Shown in pieces: positions 34,163 to 42,458 of a DNA stretch of 42,458 bases. The notes under the pieces are model-generated. The model did not search any database, was not told the DNA's origin, and saw only the letters and a program-made list of their open reading frames with translations. Position 1 is the stretch's first letter, and each line of letters begins with the position of its first letter. The DNA lies in the NCBI GenBank assembly GCA_963575745.1, contig CAUYUJ010000303.1:620001-662458 (forward strand). The letters run 5' to 3'. The translations under genes and the position numbers were made by a program. This DNA is from Prorocentrum cordatum. Lineage: Eukaryota.

Positions 34163-34730
34163 TGTCTTGTCATCGAAGATATTCGCACAGCTTGCGCTGA
34201 ACTCCGAACCCGTGGATATATATGCGACCGGATTACCCATAATGAGGTAATGACTTCAACTGGAACACAGTATTTGGGAAATTTGTTGTCAGGAGACTAC
34301 AATATGTTGTGGGTGGCCACACCCTCTGATTGGTACGTTCGTACTCCAGGAAAGAGGGCGGGACCACATTATCAACGTATGCAAAATCTCCTGATCAAAG
34401 CGCGTGCTCTGAGAATGCAGATTGTTATCCTGGGGCCACCCGGGTATTTCTGGAAACAGGGTCCGATCAAAGATGTTATCGAAGATTTGAAGCTAAGCGT
34501 TATACGAATCAGACTCTGTCATTTCGGTATCAAGTTTGACCGATCCAGTAAATATCCCAGTGGTTCTTATATACAAGTTGCTACATCTTGTCCTCATATA
34601 CGATAAACTTATGGAAATGTACTTGTGGATCACACAAGGAGCATGATTTGGATTGGTATGGCCAAGATCAGCAACGTGCCGAGCTTCGGTATAAAACTTT
34701 GGCTATTATTATTGCACGCTTCCTTGATCA
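34163..34730 (+). other. Degenerate C5-methyltransferase-like domain (copy 1)
   Basis: GDYNMLWVATP, IVILGPPG..W, IRLCHFGI, YIQVAT and KCTCGSHKEH parallel the motif order of copy 2, but there is no glycine-rich motif I or catalytic Cys. Confidence 0.45.
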
Positions 34731-35487
34731 ACTCGATAAAGCCAACATGATCAGGAATGAGCGGAGTGCGGTGCACCTCAGTGTGTGTACACGCGTTGAC
34801 AAAAAGGTCAGACACTACGTCCAATGTCCACAAAAGGGCCCTCAATGGGACCATGTTGTTCGTAGAGTCACGACCGACCTGGACACGAATAAGATCGTTC
34901 AAGATATCAGAATCCAGGATCAGCCAACTGGGTACAACTATGAAGCTCCATTACCTGATGGGGTTACAAACATCAGTACTCGGCTATACTGGGAGCCTCC
35001 GGCTCCAGTTCTTCATGGCGACGGTGAGTCGCGAAGGCCACGCCCAAAGCGTGTGACGATCGTCGATGACGATCGATCTCCTCCCCCTTCGATTGAGCGT
35101 TGCCAAACGCGACCCACCAACAACTTTCCTGAAATTCCGCCACTTCCTGACTTAACAGCGGATCCCTCCGCAGCGGATCTCTCCGCGGAAACTGCGTTGC
35201 CCACTGATGCCAGGATAAAACAGAAAGAAAAGCAGAAAGCTGACAAATAAGCCGGCATCAAACCGAAGAAAGTCCCGAAGAAAGTGGAAGATGGTAACGA
35301 CGACTGTGGAGAGGACCTCAAAGGGCTTGACTGCTCCACATATTTCAACGACGTTCCTCTTGACGACTCGGACTCGGACAGCGAATCAGAGGACATCTTC
35401 ATTATGTTACCGGCGGGGCAACCCGCTGACTCACATGCTGATGTCTTCTCGATAGTCCAGTCGCTATGCTACGGCAGAAATAATCAA

Positions 35488-36120
35488 GTGGACATGCTTG
35501 AATTATGTGGGGGCAAGGGTGGTATATCCATTTTAAGGCCTTCAAGGGGGACTCTCGTCAGGCGGGAACTTGACAAGAATATCTATGGTTGACCTTGGAA
35601 ACTCGGAAGTACAAAGAGCAGTCCTCCACTACCTCAAGACTTGCTTTGTCAAGATCACGATTCTTCAGCCAAGCTGCAGAACTACTGGACTTCCTTCCTA
35701 TTTCAATGCACAGGTCAATCATGATACGTGGCTTAAACACCACAAAGAGGACCTGCCTCACATCACGTTCTGCGGAACAGTTGCTCTATTACAAGACGAC
35801 CTAAGACGTTTCTTTCTCAGGGAACAACCAATGGGCACGTGGGTGGATGAGATCCAGCCATGGAAGGAACTGGCACAACGCAAGGTCACTTGCCAAACGA
35901 TTATTGATCAATGCACGACTGGTCTCAAAGATTCGTTTGGACAATACATTCGCAAGCCAACACAAATGATGGCAAACAAAGAAGAGTTGTTGGCACCTTT
36001 CAGAGGCAAGCGTTGCCCAGGTAATCATGTGCACGCCAATGCTTGCAACAAAGAACTAGCAAGGGCGGCACAGTATACCCGCAGAATGCAGTCACTGATC
36101 GTTGATGCGGTGCAAATCGC
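35488..36120 (+). other. C5 cytosine DNA methyltransferase-like domain (copy 2; frameshifted near 35540-35590)
   Basis: Motif I-like MLELCGGKGG, motif IV-like ILQPSC, motif VI-like FLREQP, then IDQCTTGL, RKPT, CPGNHVH and motif X-like AAQYT. Confidence 0.65.
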
Positions 36121-36869
36121 CAAAGATATGTTTGCTTACGGTCGCGATCCATTCGCGAATCGCGAACGCAGTTACGCGTTCGTAACAAACAGTGCTGGCT
36201 ACGACTTGGACGACCCAACAATCCAGAGACACTCAAACGGAGAAATCCTGCGACCACCATCTGGCGGTCTCGGGTGCCCTGGCTGCGCAGACAACAACTA
36301 CAAACAATCACCAAGGCACAGCAGGAATCCGAAGATGTGTCGATGGTATGATGTTGAACCATACTATTGGGACTGTCCAAGCTGTAAGAAGGAATATCAG
36401 AAGAGCAATCTTCACCATGCCAAGATATCTGGCCAATGCAGATTCGCCGAAAAATGGAAGCTGCCAGATAACTTTGGTCAGCCGCGCCCAGCGGGGCAAG
36501 CCGCTCCTGCGGCGCCAGCCGCGGAAGCGGCTCCAGCCGCAAAAGCGGCGCCGGCCGCGAAAGCGCGCATACGCGCGCCTAGGCCGCCACGGCCTGGTGA
36601 GGGCGATCCAACCGCAGGCGCCAGCAGCCATGACATCACCAGAGCCGACGGGGCTAATGGTGGCAGCAGTGGCGCTGGCAGCTCTGACGACCACCGTAGA
36701 CTGCCACAAGTTGCAGCAAGGCGCGGACGCATGGAGGGAGGAGATCCTCCACCACCGCCGCAGCCTCAAGCAGAGCCGAGGCCAAGGCCAAGGCTCCCTG
36801 ATTGGACTCGCTTCGACGTTCAGCTCAGCCTCCAAAACCTGCGCAGCTTTGACCCAGCTGTAGTGCAGC

Positions 36870-37540
36870 GAGAACTCCGCAAACTCCACTTGAGATGGTT
36901 TCATGCCAAGGAGCAAAAAATGCGGATGATTCTAACCAAGGTTGGTCTGGGTGAAACCCGTTTGAGTCTGATCAAAGGCATTTGCGACTCGTGTAGAGAA
37001 TGTCGAGCCTGGGACAAACCAGGCAACACGGTGATGCCTTCTGTGTCACTGCCAGGACGTTTCAACGAGGAAGTCGAATGTGATCTTTTTTTTACAAACA
37101 GGAACATATTGTTTTTCACATCATCGACCGTTGTATTCGCTGGGCAGCTGGCACAGAGATTCCTGATAAAACCATGCATACTGTTCTCGATGCCTATCAT
37201 ACAACTTGGATGCAACATGGCCCTGCTAAAATCTTATACTCCGATGGGGAAGGAGCACTGAACAACGATACAGCAAAGGCCATCCTTAAGGCTAAGGGAA
37301 CAGAGCTTCGTATCCGAGCGCGTGGCCAACACGCCACGACTATCGAAGCTAGGAACGGCATCCTGCGACACCTCTTACACGTGATGGGAGAAGAATTGAA
37401 TAGATTAAATATTCCTCTGAATTTCATTCGTCTTTTACATGAAGCCTTGTTTGCCAGCAACGCATTTACCTTCTACAATGAAGTGTCTCCGTACAATGCG
37501 CTGTATGGCAGACAACCAGCTATGCTTCCTGATATCCCTG
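36870..37540 (+). other. Integrase (HHCC plus DDE core; frameshift in the T-run near 37090)
   Basis: LHLRWFH...CDSCREC; FNEEVECDLFF; HIIDRCIRW; ILYSDGEG; HATTIEARNGILR; SPYNALYGRQP. Confidence 0.92.
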
Positions 37541-38904
37541 TCTTGGATCATGATCAGTCCGCTGAATCATCAGATCACTCAAGGGAGGAAACAATCAGGA
37601 GGGTTAGTCTGGAGGCAATCACGCAGGCCACTGCGGTTGCCAAGACGAACAGGGCTCTTCGTACGAAGGCTACTGCTACGGGTGAATTTCACTACAAAGA
37701 GGGATATCTCGTGGACTATCATCGCCCGACCACCACGAAAGACGACTGGGGTGGATGGAGTGGTCCATACCCGGTCATCCGCAACGAACCTGACCGAGGC
37801 CAGGTCATCGTGAAGGTCGGCAGTCGCGAGGTGCGAGTACAGTATCCTGACACACGACACACGCTGTACATCGAAGCACTTATGGTCCGCGAGATAGGAT
37901 CGGGCAATACGGCCCTTCGGACAGTATTGGCCTTTATTGCCGGTCTGCCAGCGGGGAAACCCGCCATGACTTTCGGATATCTACCAGCGAAACAGGGTCG
38001 GCTGCAGATGACTGCTGCGAGCCGACTTTCGCCTAAGGTGCACTTTGCTCTTCAGTACCTCATACGCAACTACTTTCGTATTGAAAACGTTGTTGCTGTA
38101 CGACTTGCCAAGAGCCTGACGAAGTTGCCTGCTGCACCCTATGCAGACAGCTGTACACTAGTGCACTATGATAATGATGTGACCCCTGGTTTTCATTACT
38201 GTGAAGCTGATGGCACTGCCTTGAACATCTACGACATCACAGGATCTACACACTCACGCATCATCCAGTGTCTTAAATCCAGGAAGCCGCCTGCTGGATT
38301 TGACCGAGACCTCACTAAGTTTGAGGAACTCGCTGATGGTCCACCACCAAGCGAGTCACCTCCAGCAGCTGCTCCTGAGCAGCCTCCTGCGGAGAACGAT
38401 GGTCGGCTCCCGACCATCATGGAAGAAACAGAAGAAGATCTGGATGCCTTTGTCTTGAAGTCGTGGTATGCTGAACTGATGGATGACAGAACACTCCTTG
38501 AAGTTGACACAGAAGAAGTCATGCATACAGTTCCCACATACATGACAGACACACAGTGTGTGTTAGTCTCTACGACCTGTGAAGATGTGCAAGGCCACTT
38601 GCCGGAGCGGGGTCACCCGCCAGGATACGACATGGACACTTCTTACTTCGTTCCTTTATGCTCCACGGATCCGGACAGTAAATATGATCTGGACTCCGAT
38701 GAGCACGGGAAGTACATCGAGCTCTGCTTCACAGCAGACATGTCCAAAGTCGCCCTGTCCGAGCAGCAACGCCGATTGTTGGATGACAGCAGCGTCACAA
38801 CTATGCGAGTGTACGTTAGTGCTGCCTCCAAACGTGCCGTGGTCGTCAAGGAAGACGATCTACTCACGAAGGCCGATATCCAAGCAAATCCGGTCAAAGT
38901 TTCC

Positions 38905-39680
38905 AAAGCCCTTTACACAGAATTGAAGACTTGGCTTGACAATAAATGCTTTCAGATGACTGGCTTGAGCAAAGCGTCTAATATCATGACGTCACGCTAC
39001 GTATACAAATGGAAGTTTGTCAAGAACGAAAAGGGCGAGATGGAAAGGACGATCAGGTTACGCTTGGTACTCCGTGGCTTCATGGACCTTGAAGCCTTTG
39101 ATGTCGAAACCTTCTCTGGCACGGCAAGGAGGTCAAGCCAGAGACTGCTCGCAAGTTCTGCTGCATGCAACAAAGCTTGGATCAACGCTTCCCTGGACAT
39201 CAACATGGCTTTCTTGAAGGGACTGACCTATGGCGAGCTCGCCGCGGCAACGGGCGAGAAAGAGCGTGTGGTGTGCTTCACACTACCACCTGGGTCAGCA
39301 GCTGTCCTTCGCACACTGCCAGGCTTTGAGTCATATGACGAATCGAAGCATTGTCTTCGGTGTCTGAAGCCGGGGACGGGCACGAAGGATGCTCCCAGGG
39401 CATTCTCGCTGAAGCTCAGGTCCATCACTAGGAGCTTTGGGCTACAGCCTACTTCATACGACGAAGAGTTCGAGATGAGCTCAAACCTCTTGACAGCCAA
39501 GCAAGTTGATGACATCAATATGACTGGGAAGGAAGAGGCTATTGACAAGTATGTCAAGTGTGTTGAAGATACGTTTGGGAAGTGCAAACTGAACAAGCAC
39601 ACATACACAAACTGTGCCGTTCGGTACAACAAGACCGATGATGGGAGCGTCACTCTTGATCAGGACGAATACATCAAACA
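38905..39680 (+). other. Copia-type reverse transcriptase
   Basis: ELKTW, SRYVYKWK, RLRLVLRGF, SLDINMAFLKG, LKPGTGTKDAPRAF and AKQVDDI, within ORF 37174-39930. Confidence 0.93.
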
Positions 39681-39939
39681 GCTTCGTCCCATCACACATC
39701 CAGAGCTCACAGGAGCTGATCCTGAGAGCAAAGCGACAAAGACGATTTCTGACATGTTCGTCAGTCTTCGTGGCGCTCTAGCCTATGCGTTGATCACGCA
39801 GGTATGGCTGATGGTCTATGTTGTCTCACTACAACGTATCCAGGAACCGACAAACATCCAGGTACGACGACTAAACGCGGTACCAGGAAACTACAGGCAG
39901 GTCCGAAGAAGATCGTGTATCAAGCTATGACCCCAACAG

Positions 39940-40450
39940 GAGAAGTCGACCTGCATAGCGATTCTGGCTATCGTCGTCTCAACGGAGATGAAGACGACGA
40001 AGTCAAAGGCTATGGTATCCGCGGGGCTAACCTGCTGAGGCGTGGCCACACGCAAGCGGGGACACCCGTCGTGCACCTGGTGGACGCATACTGCAAGTCT
40101 CATCGACTGCAGGTGCGTTCGAGCTACTCTGCGGAAACACTGGCAGCAGCCCACAACTTGGAAGACTGCTACCCGACCATTGAAACGCTCCACGAGCTAC
40201 ACTCGGGACCATTGACCCCCACACAGTTAAAGAACATATTGGAAATGGGTGGTCTATGTATCAAAGTCACTCTGACTATTGATGCCGAGTCTGTCTTCAA
40301 GTCTTTGTCTAGCAAAGATCTGAAGAAGCCCACAGAATGTACCCTGCTTGGGCACATTAGCTGGATCCGCCAGATGATGGAGCGCGGAATCGTTGAAAGC
40401 GTTCAATGGTGTGACACGCGGGATATGACTGCCGATGGTCATACCAAAGG
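39940..40450 (+). other. Copia-type RNase H (after a frameshift near 39880)
   Basis: LHSDSGY, VRSSYSAETLA, TIDAESV, WCDTRDMTADGHTK. Confidence 0.92.
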
Positions 40451-40820
40451 TAGTATTGACCGCGCGTTGCTCCTACAAGTAATGGCCGGCCAGCAATCCT
40501 TCACCCCCCCCCCTCCGCGGACCTCGGCACCCCCCCTCCCCCGCCGCCCCCCCCCCCCCTCCCCCCCCCCACCCGCCCCCAGCAATCCTTCCGCACGAGC
40601 TGAAGAAACATACACCGTATAGGGCGGGCAGGTCGTCTCAGGACGGCCCTGCCTCCCGAGCTAGCGGGGAAACCCGCGGGCAGGTGCGCTTTAATAGCGA
40701 GGAAACTCGCCGGTAGCGAGGCTACTCGCGCGCCCTTTCCTTGTAGGCAGCCGCTGCTGCTTAGCACTGTTTTTCCGCATGATGTAGAAGTGCGGTGCCT
40801 GCTCGTCTCCTCCCCCTCCG

Positions 40821-41105
40821 ACTTTAAACGGAGAAGGTTAAAGGCGAGGTGTAAATCGAGCATGTACCGCTGCCGTGCCTGGCTCAAGCCGGGCCCGGCC
40901 AAATATGTGATTGTGCCTCACCGAGGCGCACGACTTGCATCTGAGATCGGAAAATACCTTTTCCATTGACGATGCCCATCCTATCCTTTACTCCAGATCC
41001 CATGCTTCGTCTTGCTCTCTTGCTCATGCGATATGAGCCAAAGCCTGGGATATGGGAACGCCTAAGGCGTAATATATACCTAAGCTTACCAGTGCGTTTT
41101 CGACT
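40821..41105 (+). repeat. 3' LTR (portion shared with the 5' copy)
   Basis: Matches 24508-24792; ends ...gttttcgact directly before the satellite. Confidence 0.92.
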
Positions 41106-42458
41106 GAGAATCCATTTGGGACCTCCCGACGCTGCGCGGGAGGGCCCAGCCACGAAAAACAAGCTCCCCCAATAAGAGATTTCATTTGGAAAATTGCCAT
41201 TTTGGGGGCTCGGGTACACCCCCCCCATCCCCGAGAGAGCCGTTTTGCGTTGGGAGAGGTTTCCCAGATGGATTTTCACCCTGGAACGGTTCCGGGGTGA
41301 AAATCCATCTGGGACCTCCCGACGCTGCGCGGGAGGGCCCAGCCGCGAAAAAACAAGCTCCCCAAAAAGAGATGTCATTTGGAAGATGGCCATTTTGGGA
41401 GTTCGGGTACACCCCTCCATCTCCGAAGGAAGCGTTTTGCGCCGGGAAAGGGTTCCAAATGGATTTTCACCCTGGAACGGTTCCGGTGTGAAAATGCATT
41501 TGGGACTTCCCGACGCTGCGCGGGAGGGCCCGGCCGCGAAAAACAAGCCTCCAAAAAAAGATTTCATTTGGAAGATGGCCATTTTGGGAGCTCGGGTACA
41601 CCCCCCCCGCATCCCCGAGAGAGCCATTATGCGTTGGGAGAGGGTTCCAGATGGATTTTCACCCTGGAACGGTTCCGGGGTGAACATCCATTTGGGACCT
41701 CCCGACGCTGCGCGGGAGGGCCCAGCCGCGAAAAACAAGCTCCCCCAAAAGAGATCTCATTCGGAAAAGTATTATTTGGGGAGCTCAGGTAACCCCCCCG
41801 TCCCCGAGGAATGCGTTTTGCGCTGGGGGTTCCAGATGGATTTTCACCCTGGAACGGTCCGGTGTGAAAATCCATTTGGGACCTCCCGACGCTGCGCGGG
41901 AGGGCCCGGCCGCGAAAAACAAGCTCCCCAATAAGAGATGTCATTTGGAAAATTGCCATTTTGGGAGCTCGGGTGTACACCCCCCCCGATCCCCGAGAGA
42001 GCCGTTTTGCGTTGGGAGAGGGTTCCCACATGGATTTTCATACTGGAACGGTTCCGGGGTGAAAATCCATTTGGGACCTACCGACGCTGCGCGGGAGGGC
42101 CCAGCCGCGAAAAACAAGCTCCCCAATAAGAGATGTCATTTGGAAGCTTGCTATTTTGGGAGCTCGGGTACACCCCCCCCCATCCCCGAGGGAGGCGATT
42201 TGCGCTGGGAGACGGTTCCCAGATGGATTTTCACCCTGAAACGGTTCTGGGGTAAAAATCAATTTGGAACCTCCCGACGTTGTGCGGAAGGGCCCAGCCG
42301 CGAAAAACAAACTCCCCAACAAGAGATTTCATTTGGAAACTTGCCATTTTGGGAGTTCGGGTACACTCCCTCTCCCCGAGAGAGCTGTTTTGCGTTGGTG
42401 GGGGTTCACCTATGGATTTTCACACTGGAACGGTTCCGGAGTGAAAATTCTTTTGGGA
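41106..42458. repeat. Satellite with ~192-bp unit (about 7 copies, continuing past the window end)
   Basis: tccatttgggacctcccgacgctgcgcgggagggccc and variants recur at 41111, 41304, 41495, 41687, 41871, 42066, 42259 and partly at 42448 (periods 184-195). Confidence 0.96.

Larger units (their letters stand above)
24508..41105 (+). mobile_element. Ty1/copia-type LTR retrotransposon, 16.6 kb, disrupted by several frameshifts and stops, carrying accessory domains
   Basis: 285-bp direct terminal repeats, a PBS, and Gag/CCHC - PR - IN - RT - RNase H in copia order, all on the + strand. Confidence 0.95.

Noticed and set aside
25480..39900. Programmed ribosomal frameshifting as the explanation for the split polyprotein
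   Set aside because: There are about ten breaks, several inside domains (MTase-like, integrase T-run, RT/RNase H linker), plus an in-frame stop at 35248-35250. Decay or sequencing error is more parsimonious.
40884..42322. ORFs over the right end of the window
   Set aside because: They are translations of the LTR and satellite units.

Overview
This is repeat-dense, GC-rich eukaryotic DNA that looks dinoflagellate. It has a GC-AG intron with AG|G junctions, and from memory its repeat vocabulary resembles Prorocentrum (not verified). Four main components are visible. (1) An intronless 730-aa ORF with an EEP/APE-type endonuclease-phosphatase domain lies between 152-bp direct repeats (3951-7616). 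(2) Three 3' exons of a pentatricopeptide-repeat (PPR) gene occupy 12346-14579. (3) There are many micro/minisatellites, dispersed repeats and two small TIR elements. (4) A 16.6-kb, frameshifted Ty1/copia LTR retrotransposon (24508-41105) abuts a ~192-bp satellite. Besides Gag/zinc knuckle, protease, integrase, RT and RNase H, its polyprotein region carries unusual cargo: a Tpt1/KptA NAD+-dependent RNA 2'-phosphotransferase domain with intact catalytic motifs, a RING-H2 finger, a small SH3/Tudor-like module, and two tandem C5-cytosine-methyltransferase-like domains (one degenerate). The element is also studded with about 27 same-strand copies of a hairpin-like DNA motif, GCGGGGNNACCCGC, in more than one reading frame. 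The EEP unit carries its own different motif, GGTGCTTCTCAGCCTG. All domain calls come from motifs read by eye, not from database searches.
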